Part shown: piece after piece, positions 32,052 to 49,551 of the stretch
Numbering within the stretch: the first letter of the stretch is position 1
How the letters are laid out: every line of letters starts with the position of its first letter
Source: the human T2T-CHM13v2.0 reference genome, Homo sapiens
Direction: 5' to 3' (one strand)
Length of the DNA stretch: 64,000 bases
Assembly: GCF_009914755.1 (NCBI RefSeq)
Contig: NC_060928.1
Notes under the pieces: generated by a model
The model's input: only the letters and a program-made list of their open reading frames with translations
Told to the model about the DNA's origin: nothing
Database searches by the model: none
Made by a program: the position numbers and the translations under genes

Positions 32052-33135
32052 CTATAGTCAATATTAAAAAAAAAGAAGGTTGAGATGGAAAACCTAAAAA
32101 TGTTCATAAATTATGTTTTCTCTAAGAGTTCTCCTTAGTTCTAGTTTATATTCATCTTTAAATTTGAGAGTATGAATTCTCTTAACTTATACTTGATAGT
32201 ATATACTTCCAGAAAATAAATATAATAAAGAATAAATGTTATTTTACAATCACCTGCTTTTTTCTAACTTGGATTATAAAAATCACAGAATAACATCTCT
32301 CACCACCCCCTTAAAAGTCCAATCATCCCACTTATTTTTATAAAGTGCTAAAAATGTTACCATGAGCTATAAATAATCACATGGCCATTCTGATTGTATC
32401 AGTTCATTTTTATCAGTTTTAATTTTACCTGTAACACAGAAAGAAGATAATTTTTGGTCTCCTCTGGAGAGGCAGTTTGTAGGACAAAGCTGTTGCACTG
32501 TCCTATGTGAATGGCATTCCTAGAGTTGTTCAATGCAACAGCCCGTGAGCTAGCATTACTTAAGAGAGTTTTCTGCCTTTAGGTTTTTTTTTTAATAATC
32601 TGATCTCTCCATTACATCTTTTTAAACCTTTTCTTCCTCCAATTTGTTATGTTCTCATTTTGTGATTGGTTTACTACCTTTTGTTTGTTTTCTATTCATC
32701 CTATTATTCTTTTCTACTTCCTGAATACCTTCTAATTTAAATAAGTCAGTAAATATATACATTGATGAATGGAGTCATATATTATTATCCCTAAATTTCA
32801 CCCTTTAGTATTCTCTACTTTGCCTGTTGACCTACCAGAAACTGTTGGGTTAATGAGCAAGCTGTACTTTAATGTTTGGGGCTTTAAAAAAAAATGTTCT
32901 AGCAAGGGCATTAAATATGGTAGTTTTCTAAGTCACATCTCTGTTAAGATTCTCCCAGAGGGTAGCCAAAGAAGAAAAACCTTACTGTCTTTTCTAACTC
33001 TTCTTAAAACTGAAGCCCATCTTTTGTTTGTTAAGTACATAAATAAAAAGTAAAAATATAATTCAAATAATCTGTGAGCAAACCAATTATCTAAAGGAAG
33101 AATAAAAGGCCATAAACATTTAAAATTACTGTCTA

Positions 33136-33452
<317 letters not shown>

Positions 33453-33523
33453 TTACTGTCTAAAACTAAAAATGTTCAATAATAATTAGTACATATGACT
33501 GGTTTGCAAAATAGATCCAGTCA

Positions 33524-33928
<405 letters not shown>

Positions 33929-35452
33929 TTATCCTTAACCCCAAAATTAAAATATCTACTCATTCCCATACTAGCAATATTAATAGAGAGTTTTAAATAT
34001 CATGGTAGGCTACAAAATAATCTTAACACAGGAATCTTGTTACAGTTACATAAAGTACTAATCAGAAGAGAAACTTCTTATACTAATGAGAAGAGAAACT
34101 AATATTGCAGAACATATTAGTCTTAATGAAAAGAGACAAAATGTGTGAAGCCAGTAAACACGTAACTTTCAGTAAGACATTAGGGGAGACATAAAAAATA
34201 AAAAGGAAGCTGCAGAGCATTAGCATTTTGGGGACCACAAGGATGATCATGAGCCAGTGGTATGGCTTAACTACCAAGAGTTAGAGAGGATTCTGCTGAG
34301 ACTGAACTACAGCATTGCTTAGAGCTCCAGTTAAGGGGAAGGGCCACATGCAAATGGAGTAAACAGTCATTGGGATAGAACAACATGAGGCTTAACTAGC
34401 CACAGTTTAGGAGGAAAAGTCTAGGGAGGAGCTTAGAAGGGATCTGTGTAATGAACAAAGGAAAAGATTCATTCATCAAAGAAATATTTACTGCTAAATA
34501 TTACATATTTACTCCTATGTACCTAGCAGTGTTTGGGTATCAAATGAACAAATCAGATATAAGCTTCTCATAAAGCTTACATTCCAGTGGAATCAAGAAA
34601 TGGTAGACTTGGTTATAAAAAAAAGGTAATGTATTGAGGATGTGAGAGAGTAGTCATTAACTATACTTGTATCCTTGTTGCATGAAGTAGGATATCCTGA
34701 ATGAATCTGGTATACTTGTTTGCATGAACATTACAGTTTGCTCTCTGGTGGCTTTGGTGAAACGGCTTGTGCTACTAGTACTTGTGGCATTTGCTGCCTT
34801 AAAAGTTTCTGTAGCCTTCAACTACCACCAGAAAAAAATCATCCTTCACTCCACAAAAGGTCAGCATGGGTTGAAATGGGGAGAGCAGTCATTAAAAGTT
34901 TCAGCAACTCCCACGTCTTCGTTGTATGAAGCACCTTTATTGGAGTTTGAGGTCCCCCTTTTCACAGCACACGTCAAATTGAGCAGACCATAAAAGCAAT
35001 TCCTGTGTCTAGGGGAGTCAAAATTACTCAGTTCCGGTTAAGAAAATTTACAAGCCAACATTACAGATTCAGAAGGGTCCACAGGAACAGCAAACGTTAG
35101 AGTTAATGAGAAATAATACAGCCATCTGTGTTGATTTCTAATGTCTGTGAAAAATAAAAAATAAAACACAAGTGTCTATGACACACACACACAAAAAAGA
35201 AAAACACAACCCTTGACCTAAGAAAATGTCAATATAGAATAAGGCACACAAAAAAGTATATTTCTATCTCCAAAATATTAATCAGCACTTACGCTAATTT
35301 TCTCGAAACTGTAAACTTCCATTTTAAAAGGTGATAAACTAATTAATTACATAATTCCTTCCAATAAAATATACTGCATCTATAAGTAATAAAAAGCAAC
35401 AACCACACACTTCATGAGATTTTTAAAAAAGCAAATAAAAAACTCAAAGTTA

Positions 35453-35569
<117 letters not shown>

Positions 35570-36240
35570 TTACAATCACGCACCACTTAGTACTGCTAGT
35601 GTTAAAAAGATAAATTATGCATTGTATAGCAGAAACTCCAATGTACATGCCCCTTTGTCCACCAATATCAGCCTAACTTAACCCTAGGACTTCATTCAAA
35701 AACAAAACATAAAATCAAGCTGGAAAATATTCAGACTACAGAGAAATTACTTAAGCATTTCACGATATCATTTTTTTTTTGCCTGAAATACTGTAATACT
35801 ATAATGAAGGGAATCTTTTACTTAACAGATTTAAAGTATGGAATAAGTCAACATAGTCTAGCAATTTCAAAAATAGCTGAAAAATAAGAATTGCCTTTTA
35901 AAAATTACTTTCATGGAAATTTAAACTCTCACATGACTACTATGAGAATGCAAAAATTACCAACTCAAAAGCAAGTTTTGGCAAGTTTTTGAGACCCTGT
36001 CTCAAAAAAAAAGTTTTTATAAGACATGTACATAGTCCAAAACATAAAATAAATCTCAATAAGTACTTCTCTTTAAATCAAAGAATATAATTTAATACTT
36101 AAAGGTAAGAGTGACATGCTAAACACTCTTAAAAAGTATTATTCAAATATCAACTATTTTATAAATCAAGAAGCCTACATTTTCTCCTTATTTTTTAACC
36201 ATAAAGTTTTTAATGCTGTAAGTAAGAGTGATTGACTAAT

Positions 36241-36796
36241 ACAGCAGCCTCCCCTTATCCACGATTCCACTTTCTACATTTTAGTAACCCATAGTCAATG
36301 GTAGGCTGAACATATTAAATGGAAAATTCCAGAAATAAGTCCTAAGTTTTAAATTGTACAACATTCTGAATAGGGTGATAAAATCTCATGCCATCCTGCT
36401 CCATTCTGCCCATGATGTGAATCATCCCTTTGTCCAACATATCACCTGCTGTATATGATACCTGCTACCAGCCTATCTACTGTTCACTTAGAAGCCAAAT
36501 CAGTTATCAGATCAACTGTTGTAGTATCACAGTGCTTATGTTCAAGTAACCTCACTTTATTTAATAAGGACCCGAAAGCACAAGAGTAGTGATGTAAGCA
36601 TATTGTTATAATTGCTCTATTTTATTATTCGTTATTGTTAATCTTTTACTATGCCTAATTTATAAGTTAAATTTTATCATAGGCATGTAGGTATAGGAAA
36701 AAATATAATATATATAGAGTTCAGCACTATTTGAGGTTTGAGGCTTCCACTGGGGGTCTTGGAATGGATTCCCCATGAATAAGGGGGGACTACTAT
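36241..36796. mobile_element. MER44-like (Tigger7) DNA transposon fossil
   Basis: Terminal inverted repeats cagcagcctccccttatcc ... gaataaggggggactacta; about 550 bp. Confidence 0.75.
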
Positions 36797-36873
36797 AACT
36801 GTTTTTTAAAAAGAGTCATCAAAAGCAGTTTATTAAATTTAATTTTTTTTGTTGTTGACTCTTTCTTCAATTA

Positions 36874-36978
<105 letters not shown>

Positions 36979-37254
36979 CTAAAAAAGTTTAAGACCAAGC
37001 ACTTCATTAGTAACTAAAAAATCCACAGATATATTAAAATAAGCCACACAACGTTTTCCCTGGCTCCAGACATTCAACATATATTTACTGAATGTTTATG
37101 TGCAGACACTCAGATTAGAAAGACAAAATATCTTGAACAAATGGCAGGAAACTTCAGTGTTTTTAAATTTGGGAAAGAAGATTCAAAACGACCCTAGTAT
37201 ATTTGTGGGTACCACTCAGCTAACGATATACTCACCTAATGAGCAAAAATAGTT

Positions 37255-38515
<1,261 letters not shown>

Positions 38516-39429
38516 AGAAACTGTGTTTTTAACTAACACTCTAGGTAAGCGGCTTTCAAGCTATTTGGAAAGCAAGCAATATAAATTTTATATTACAATC
38601 TGGTATACATTCACACATAAACATATACAGCAATGTATCTAACTTAAAAGATTTGTGTCATACTCTGATATGTTCTAATCTATTCTATTTTGTTTTTTAA
38701 AAACGGCACTGGCAACACACTAATTGGTTTTGACTAGCAGTTTGAAAAACTCTGGTAGGTAGTTCTTAGCAGGCAAGGCTGAGAACTTTTGTTTTAAAGG
38801 AGGGAGTGGAAGGAAGGGACACTAGCATTAAACCGGACAATCAACAAAATTCTAGTACTCTTCACCTACCCTATGGGGGCAAACCTCTGAGCTATCCTGC
38901 AAATTAGGCTATGATAGTTGTTCCTGAGGCTAATTACCTGAAAATTCAAGTAACAAAGGTTTGATTATAATAAATCACATAAAGTTAGATTTACAGGTGG
39001 GGTCAAATATCCGCATTTTTAACAAGTGTCCAGTTGTTGTGTATAATAAAGTCTTCAAAAAATTGTTTATTATTGATCTGAGAGATTGATTAGATCTTCC
39101 TTTAATTTACTGAACACAAAACACTGGAAATCACCTGACTTGCAGAAGAATGTTTTACTTATCCAATAGAAACACGCACATTCTCACTTTCTGAGTGGTT
39201 TATCAGGGAACTATTAATTACAACTTTAAAGAGTATATTTAATGCAATATACTTGGAAAACATTACAAAAATTTTTTACAAACTGTTCATTTCCTAACTG
39301 TTCATTTCTATACCCTTTTTTGCTAATAGAACATTTTAATGAAATTCATTTATCTTATGTACTTATATAAAAAAATCGGGGCTACTCTGCACACTGCCTA
39401 TGGGGTAGCCCTGTTCTGCAAGGAGCAGG

Positions 39430-39548
39430 AAAAAAAAAAAAAAGAAAGGAAAAAAGGAAGGAAGGAGGGAAGGAGGGAAGGAGGGAAGGGAGGGAGGGAG
39501 GGGAAAAGAAAGGGAAGAAAGGGAGAAAGGAAGAAAGAAAGAAAGAAA
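39430..39548 (+). repeat. Purine-only A/GAAA/GGAA/GGGA tract
   Basis: About 120 nt homopurine run following a poly(A). Confidence 0.9.
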
Positions 39549-40957
39549 TGATCCTATAACCATGAAATTAGAGATCCTGGGCAATATAGTATGGATAAGT
39601 TTTATGTAAGAAAACATGGAACTAAACTTACAAAAAAAAGAACTTGGTCCTTCCTCAAAATATTGGCAAATGAATATACAAGTTTAAGTTAAAATGCAAT
39701 GTTTAAAGTATACATATTTTCTCTTTTTATGATTCACCCCTTAACTACCTTTTTTGATTAATCAACCATCTACCAGTCCAGACTGTGTCAGACAGTACGT
39801 CTTCTCCTGATTAGAAAAGCAACATAGAAAGTGACGATGTGAATCCAAGATGAGGCAGAGTATTCCCAACCTAAGCATAACCTGAAAGCAGGACCTCTGT
39901 CATTAGACAGAAGAAATAGGAAGAGGATAGGATTTCTTAGTGCCAGACCTGGCAGAACAGGTAAATGCTATGACATTTCTGGGGTTTGGAATAAAAGTCA
40001 AAGAGGAGACTTGGGGTCTGAATAGGAAAGTTTCTCAAAGGGCTGATGAGAAAAAGCAGGAGATCATCAACAATGGATTATTATTTCTAAGCCTAAACTA
40101 TTACCTGCATCATTAGCAGGATGACTTTTTACACCAAAACAAGATGAACAAATTTGAAACCAATCTATAAAATAAACTCAACTGTGTAACATTTTTATCC
40201 CTATATTTTCTAAATGATATACTTTACCTGTGCTTCAAACCACTTGTATTTTCTGAACTGCAGTTAAAGTTAGGATTGAGAGGTACCACTAGTAGATAAA
40301 TTAGACCAAAAATTAGACTCAGTTGACACTGAGTTGTGAACTCTTTTTTTTCTTTAAGTTTAATAGCCTCAGTGTGTCCTATATTAGGCAGGATAGGGAA
40401 GCCCTGGATTGGTGAACACTAGTTCATGAAAATTAAAGATTCAATTTATGCCAGAATGCTTCTCTATGTAACTTTATAGCTTGGCATAAATGAGTTTAAT
40501 TACATTTAAAATTTGTGAATTAAAATTACTTTTATCTAGTATTTCTTCTAATACAGGCAGCCCTTGAGTGGGTAGGAGTGAAACTGCTACTTTTTTCATT
40601 TTGCTTAAGGTTATTTCTGATACTGTCCTAACAATATGAAGTTTATTCCTAAAATCTTATTATTTTAAAACAACAGACTTACTTATATTAACCAAACATA
40701 TAAATATTACTCCCATAAAGTGTCATTATATGTTATAAACTAAGGCAAAATATTTAATACTTTAGAGACTTATAATAATATTTTAAAGTATAATGAAAAA
40801 GTAATTTGTTATCCTGCTTAAAGGCAAGAGTCTATTATTCAAACACAAGAGAAGTCTAGAGAAGATTCTGATAACATCAAAATAGCAATATTTTAAACCA
40901 AACACAAGATTTTAATATATTTTCACTTAATAAAATTCAAACCATCTGTCATCTCTA

Positions 40958-41179
<222 letters not shown>

Positions 41180-41269
41180 TTATGGTCAAGTATATGCCAA
41201 GTAAGAATGAAAAAAACACACATACCGACTCAGAATGGTGAGCAAAAAAACTTTGACCAAAATCAAGTG

Positions 41270-42295
41270 CTCTTCTCTTGTCCATCCACATTCATCTATT
41301 TCCAGGTCTTTAAATATAATCTGTGTGAGAACGGCCCCTACATTTATATCTCCCTCCAGCTCTGGCCAAAGCTCCAGACTTATATATTCAATTTGGTATC
41401 TTCTCACAGACATCTGCATCTAAAACTTTCCATACCCCAAACAAAACTCTTTATTCCCCTCTTTACCATACCCCCTCAATACTGCTCCTCCCTCTGTCTT
41501 CCCCCATCTCCATAAATTATTCTACCTAGCTGCTCAGACAAAAATTCTGGGCCACATCTGATTTCTTTCTTTTTCTCACCACCCCTCATATCAAAACTGC
41601 TAGCAAATTCCATCTTCTCTACCTCCACAATATATACTGAAATTGTCTATGTTTCCAGCTACTGATAGCCTAGACTAAGCTAGCCTAGACTAGAATAAAT
41701 TATAATAACTCTTCTAACTGGTCTCCATGCTTCCAGTTTTGACCTGTTGCCCCCCGCCCCCTCCAATCCATTCTCCAGTGTCCTTTGTTTTGTTTAGGCT
41801 TAGTAAATTAAGTGTCACACTCCCACTGACAATTTTCTAATGACTTCCTACAGCACCTAGATTAAAATTCAAACTGTTTTCCAAGGCTTACACAATTTGG
41901 CTCTACTCTACCTCTCTGACTCCATCTCCTGCCATGTTAACGCATTTAGCCAAACTGACTGACCTTCCTACTGTTCCTCAAATGAATCAAATCTACCTCC
42001 ACCTCAAATCTTTCACACTTACTTTTTCCTCTTCCTGAAACATTTTTTTCCCCAAATCTTCATATTGCTAACTCTTTTTCTTATCAATCAGATCTCAGTT
42101 CAAATTTCACCTCTTCTAAGAGGCTATCTTTGACTACGTGGTCTAAAAGTGACCCTCCTCCTTCTACCATCACTCTCTAATACACAGCCCTGTTTTATTT
42201 TCTTCAGGTGACTAGGTAAAGCTGTCTTATGTATTTATTTGTTTTTACTCTGTCTCTCCTAATAAGTATTTGTTGAAGGAATAAATGAATATATG
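41270..42295. mobile_element. L2 LINE fragment
   Basis: Degenerate L2-like motifs (tcttctaactggtctcc..., tgttgaaggaataaatgaat end). Confidence 0.6.
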
Positions 42296-42739
42296 AACAT
42301 CCTGAACATATACATAGGCATCTCACTATCTACCTAATCAGTTATAAATTCTCCTTAGAAAGGTATAAATTCCTTAGAAAACAGGAATATTCTCTGACCC
42401 ACTGCACTTCTTCTTTGCCTCATAACAAAGACTCCCAGATTCCAATTAATTCTGTACCTCAAACAACTAAATTACCTCAGACAATTAAAATCCAATTAAA
42501 ATTGGATTTTAGCATAAAATGATATTAGCCTATAAAAACGTATCAATACCAAATTACTATCAGCATTTCTTACTTTTAAAAAATTATGCCAATAGTATAA
42601 TAGACCTGACAAATAAACAAATAGTAGATAAATCAAGGTGTGAATTGCTAAGTCTGCTATGTAGTATAAATAGATAAAATAGAATAAATTATATAATTTA
42701 AGATACTTAATAATCATTGACACCTCAGAATCTGAACTA

Positions 42740-42874
<135 letters not shown>

Positions 42875-43538
42875 TTATAATTAAAGTCAACATATTATAT
42901 TTATCCTACAATTAGTAATCTCTTTAAAATTAAAATGTTGTTATGTAAAAATATCATTTTAAAAAGTACTATAAAAAGATATAAAACTTAATTGTTGAGA
43001 ATGGTTATATATTCACACAATTTTATAGCTATAAGAGATAAGACATTTCCCCATTATATAATTTTAAGATGAAGAAACTAGGTTGGGTGCCGTGGCTCAT
43101 GCCTGTAATCCCAGCACTTTGGGAGACTGAGGTGAGAGGATCCCTTGAGCCCAGGAGTTCCAGACTAACCTGGGCAACATGGCGAAACCCTGTCTCTATA
43201 AAAAATACCAAAAACCTAGCCGGGCATGGTGGTGTGCGCCTGTAGTACTAGGGAGGCTGAGGTGGGAGGATCCCTTGAGCCTGGGAGGTCGAGGCCGTGG
43301 TGAGCTGAGATTGTACCACTGCACGCCAGCCTGGGAGACAGAGTGAGACCCTGCCCCCCAGCCCCCCAAAAAAGAAAAAAACGGAGAATTAAAAGTTCAA
43401 TAACTCGTGCTGTTAGTTACTGGCAAGTTACCAGAAAGACAACTGTCTCAATTCTAGTTTATGTCCTTTCTACAATTTCCCATTTTCACTTACTATTAAA
43501 ACACATAGTTGATTTGTGAAAAATAAAATCCTGATTAC

Positions 43539-43611
43539 CGCCATTTCCATTGTGTAGTGCTAAGACAGTAGGGGGTCCAGGAACTTCAACTGCATACATC
43601 ACATCAGATCC
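43539..43611 (-). CDS. BBS7: BBS7 exon 6
   Basis: [24 protein letters not shown]; 73 nt. Confidence 0.95.
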
Positions 43612-43799
43612 CTGAAGGAGAAGTATTTAAAAACTGAAACAGAATACAAACTGAAAATAATAGAGGCATTCATGAATAACATCAATATTCAAATACAGTA
43701 CTCTTAGTAACACCTAGAATAAAATTGCTTTAAAAATTAGGTTACGAATACAACTTGCATTTGTTAGCAATTTTGCATATATCAACTGATTTGAAAACA

Positions 43800-44026
43800 A
43801 CATATATACACATATATACGTATAAATGTATACATATATACGTATATATACAGATATGTACACACATGTATACATATATACACATATGTATACATATATG
43901 CACATGTATGTGTATATATGTATATGTACATATATGTACATACATGTATGTGTATATATGTATATATGTGTACATGTACATGTGTATATGTATATGTACA
44001 TATATATGTGTGTATATATATATATA
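43800..44026. repeat. Alternating purine-pyrimidine (TA/CA/TG)n tract
   Basis: About 225 nt of near-perfect RY alternation. Confidence 0.95.
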
Positions 44027-44806
44027 AAATGTAAAGACCAAGAAGAAAACATTTAAAATATTCTCTACCTTTAATACATTTTAAATACATTGTTTGCCTG
44101 AAAACTTGACACTGGCAGATTTTCCTATCAAGTCTCTAGGAACAAATTATTCCCTCTGCCCTCTCTAGGTTAACTGGAAGTCTTTAACTTGGAATACATC
44201 CAAATATTTTAACAGACACAAAGTTACTTCCTAAGGAAAATTTTGGCCTTGCCTTTGGGTATTCCCAAAATCTGCTCCAGTCAGAGGCTGAATGACCTGC
44301 TACTTAGATAAAAAAACAAGTTAGGTCCTTATATATTTATCAGTTTTTCAATTTTGCTACTTGTAATGCTTGTCATTTTGGGCACAGTATTTGTGATGCT
44401 GTTAAAGAATGAGTTAGAAGTACTTATACTCACATGGAAAAAATATCCATGATCTATAATTCAATGAATACAAAATTTGCAAAATGGGGTGTGGTGGCTT
44501 ATGCCTGTAATCCCAGCACTTCCGGAGGCCAAGACGGGTGGATCATCAGGTCAGGAGTTCAAGACCAGCCTGACCAACATGGTGAAACCGTCTCTACTAA
44601 AAATACAAAATTAGCCAGGTGTGGTGGTGCATGCCTGTAATCCCAGCTACTCAGGAGGCTAAAGGAGGAGAATTGCTTGAACCCGGGAAGCAGAGGTCGC
44701 AGTGAGCCAAGATTGCACCACTACTCCAGCCTGGGCGACAGAGCAAGACTCCATCTCAAAAAAAAAAGAAAACACAATTTGCAAAATTATAGTTAATATG
44801 GTATGA

Positions 44807-44980
<174 letters not shown>

Positions 44981-45338
44981 TAAGTTTTGTATTTTTAGTA
45001 GAGACAAAGTTTCACCATGTTGGCCAGACTGGTCTTGAACTCCTGACCTCAGGTGATCCATCTGCCTCAGCCTCCCACAGTGCTGGGATTACAGGCGTGA
45101 GCCACCACATCAGGACTAAAAAAAGTTTAATGTTTATTTAGAAAACGTAAGAAAGCCATATGCTTTATCTTTTTTTTTTTTTTTGAGCCAGGATCTGACT
45201 CTGTCATCCAGGCTGGAGTGCAGTGCAGTGGTGTGATCATAGCTTACCGCAGCCTCGACCTTCTGGGCTCAAATGATGTTCCCACCTCAGCTTCCTGAGT
45301 AGCTGGGACTACTGGCATGCACCACCATGCCCAGCTAA

Positions 45339-45482
<144 letters not shown>

Positions 45483-47000
45483 TAAAATATCATATTAAAA
45501 TTTACAGATATCTACACGTAACTATATAAACACAAAAGAATATACACAAAACTGTTAAAAAGAGGCAACCTCTGGAGTAATGGATTATTCACAGAGATAG
45601 ACGGGGAGTGAGAAAAAAGCATGCGGTGCAGAGGGAAAGACTTCAACTTTATTTTCTACAGATCTTTAGTAATTATTTTAAAAATAATAAGCATATGGAT
45701 CTCTTGTCAAAGCAGAATCCTAGAATTCAGTCAATTTCTAATTGAATGCTAAACAGCTCCTGTTAAAAGCCTTGTTCAAAACAATTCATATTTAAAAGCA
45801 TAGGCTATGGGGGAAATTAATCATTCATAACTCTAAAATGAACCTTTTTTCTTTTCTTTTTTTTTTTTTTTTGAGATGGAGTCTCCCTCTGTTGCCCAGG
45901 CTGGAGTGCAGTGATGCAATTTCAGCTCACCGCAACCTCCGCCTCCTGGGTTCGAGTGATTCTTGTGCTTCAGCCTCCTGAGTAACTGGGATTACAGGTG
46001 TGTGCTACTGCACCCAGCTAATTTTGTATTTTTAGTAGAGACAGGGTTTCACCATGTTGGCCAGGCTGGTCTCAAACTCCTGGCCTCAAATGATCTTCCC
46101 GTCTCAGCCTCCAAAAGTGCTGGAATTACAGGTGTGAGCCACCATGCCTGGCCTAAAATGAACCTTTAACATTACTTTGTCCCTGGGGGGTAAAAACCTC
46201 ATAGACTCACTGGATTTTTCCTTTTACAAAAGGGCTGATGCCAAGAAATGGCCATCTGACTATGGAATTCCAAAGAGTGAGATAGCCTGTGGTGGCATGG
46301 ACTTCACAGCTCAACTTTTTCATCAACTGCACCAACTATATCAGCCTGTTTCTGATACAGTTCATCTAACTGTTACATGCTATTTACCTTTAAACATTAT
46401 TTTAAGCATCCTATAGAGTGTGTGTGTGTGTGTGTGTGCATATATTTTATTGAAAGTCACTCTCAAGAAGATATAGTGGTAACTATTATTACTCATAACA
46501 ATGACCTGAAGCAGTTGTTTTAGCCAATCGTGGTTTTTACCAGAAATATAAGGACATCAAAATGAATTTTCCCTCTATCACTCATTTACTTATCCAACAT
46601 ATATTTACTGAGTGCTTATTCCATATACTTCCATAAACACTGGATAAACTCAAGTTATATAACATCCTCCCTCCAACCCAATTTCTTCCTTTAATTTGAT
46701 TTTTGGGGAAGATAAAGGTGATGGAAGAAGAAAACAAAACAAAAAGGCAGGTAAAGGTTCTCTGTAGTCAAAGTACTCCATTCTGATAATAGCTCAGAAA
46801 TTGTGTATGGTGAGGCAAAAAAAATCCTTTTTCTTCCAAATATGCTTCTCTTAAAAACTTACAAAACAACACATTTGACTCAAGTTAAAAAAATTAATAT
46901 GTCAAATTATTTAAAAATTGTTTCCACATGTTTATAAAAGCCCTTAAAACAGTAACCACTAATTTATCTCAAGTACATAATGTTCATTGATATTCTTTCA

Positions 47001-47333
<333 letters not shown>

Positions 47334-49551
47334 TTAGAGAACACAGTTTTTAAAACTTTCTCCTAGTTAATTCCTAGTATTTTTGGTATAACACTGTTTT
47401 TGATTTTGAAAGCTGAAAATGAGGATGTTAAGGCCTCGGGCTTCTCAATAAAAACTGAGCTCAGAAAAATGGAAAACAAAGACAAGATAATGATAATTTA
47501 ACTGTCTATATCCAAAGACAATTAATACATCAAAAAATGACTTCTTTGTGTACTATGTGCCAAGCACTATCTTAAGTGATTTTTATGTATTAGATCAATT
47601 AATCATCATAACTCTATAAAATAAGGACCATTATTATTCCTTTTACAGGTGAATAATAAAATGTAAAATAACTTGCCTAATGGCACCTAAGTATTAAGTA
47701 GTAGATTAGACTGCAACTCAGTTTTTTGCTCGAGTTAGCTTTCTTACTACCACACTAAATTGCCTGAAAAAGTCTATTTTAAGTGATTCTACCTCAAACT
47801 AAATGATAAACAGCAGAAAAAAAAAGATTTCATTAGAACTTTATCTTGAAAAAAGAAATGAAAACAAGTTTATTTCATATTACATTTAACAAAATTTAGT
47901 CAATAGTCATAACTATATTCTAATTCTTAGACTGAACTGAGTTTTCACTTGGGTGAGCTAAAATGTCTTGACAAAAATTATATTTAAGTGTGATATATTT
48001 TTCACTTCTAGGTTGTTATTACCATATTTATCATAAAGAGGGTAATTTTATTTGAATGTTTCATGTATTCCTCTACCTCCAAGTTCTATTAAAAAATTTT
48101 ATATTAAAATTATTCTCTGAAGAGCTTATCCTATAATAATCCTCCCTGATTTTCTATTCTTCAGTTATTAAGTGGCCTCACTTTGTGGCTCTGCATATGA
48201 TTGAATAGTCCTCTTACTATTTTTATCAATTTCATGAAATTCTCTATGTTTTTCAAAATTTTAAATTCCATTTTGAAACCAATCTGTATTATATTTGCAT
48301 TATATTGGCCAAAGTACTATTTAGCAATCTCTATTGTTGACATGAGTGGGGATACATGGCAACATTAAGCAGGAAAGGATATGTGGTGACTAATGTTAAG
48401 TGGTCAGTTTCCTTACTGAATATCTTCAAGTTATAACTTTTGTTTTCCTATAAAACCTTACAAATGTGGGGATTCAGACAATCAATTTTCAAAAATTGAG
48501 TAAAGAACTTTTCTATCCCATCTTTGCCACTCTAGTAAAAACATTTAAGAAACCACTTGAAGAGACTGTTACTGAGAAACTCTCTATCTTTCTCACACTA
48601 CTATCCATATAACTGTCCGAATGTAGAGTTATGCTATTAACACATTACTTTCAGTATTCCATAATTATCATTGGCCATGTCTATATACAAGTGTATTTCA
48701 AAAGTGTTACTATTCTTGTTAAACCATTTGAAATTACATATTTCCACTTATCATGGTTTAATTTTAATCTAATTTCACCAAGCCAATGTTTTACATCCCA
48801 AACATCAGGAGATGTGCTGTGCATTATACAAAACTTTGGGCTGAATCAGTTGTTTCTAGCCTAAGAGTCTGGCTGATTATATAACTTGGCTGCACTAGAT
48901 TCAAAGGAAGAACTTAAAAAATAAAAATAAAACCTACTCCTGGTTATTTTGATTCGGCAGGTATGAGGTAGGACAAGGAATTGTTTAAGTGGCCCAAGGG
49001 ATTCTTCTAAGTAGCAAATATAAGAAATAATGAATTAGATGAATTTTAAAGCCCTTTTCAGCTCCCTGTGATTCAAAAACTCAAATCTGAATTGCAAAAT
49101 CTCACATATCAGGCAGCCATTTAGGGAGCTATATTTCACTTAGAGTCTTACCTGATATACCTGAAATTATACCCTATTGGTAATCACTAACTTTGACAGC
49201 CAGCCTTTTAACATAATGATGCTACCTGAAAACCAGAACTATCAAAAATAGCCAAGGAACATAAAGCTAAATATCTAGATTTATTTTCAATTTTTTTGAT
49301 ACCTTGATCATGAATCAAACTGAACCAAGTTGTCAAAAATGATTGTATAAATACTATAAAGTTCTTTAAAAAAATTTCAACAACCAATTTAATATTGATT
49401 GTAGGTCAAATTTAGTTTCTGACTAATAAAATACCTTTAGTTAATTTTATTTTCCAGAAAGCCTATTAAGATATGATACTTAGTTGCCTCACATCTATCC
49501 AAAATATTATAAATAAGTATGTAAAAATACAAAAGAGAACAAAAGACATAC

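Noticed and set aside
43714-44090. Multiple Y/I/C/H/T-rich ORFs on both strands
   Set aside because: Translations of the (TA/CA/TG)n microsatellite.
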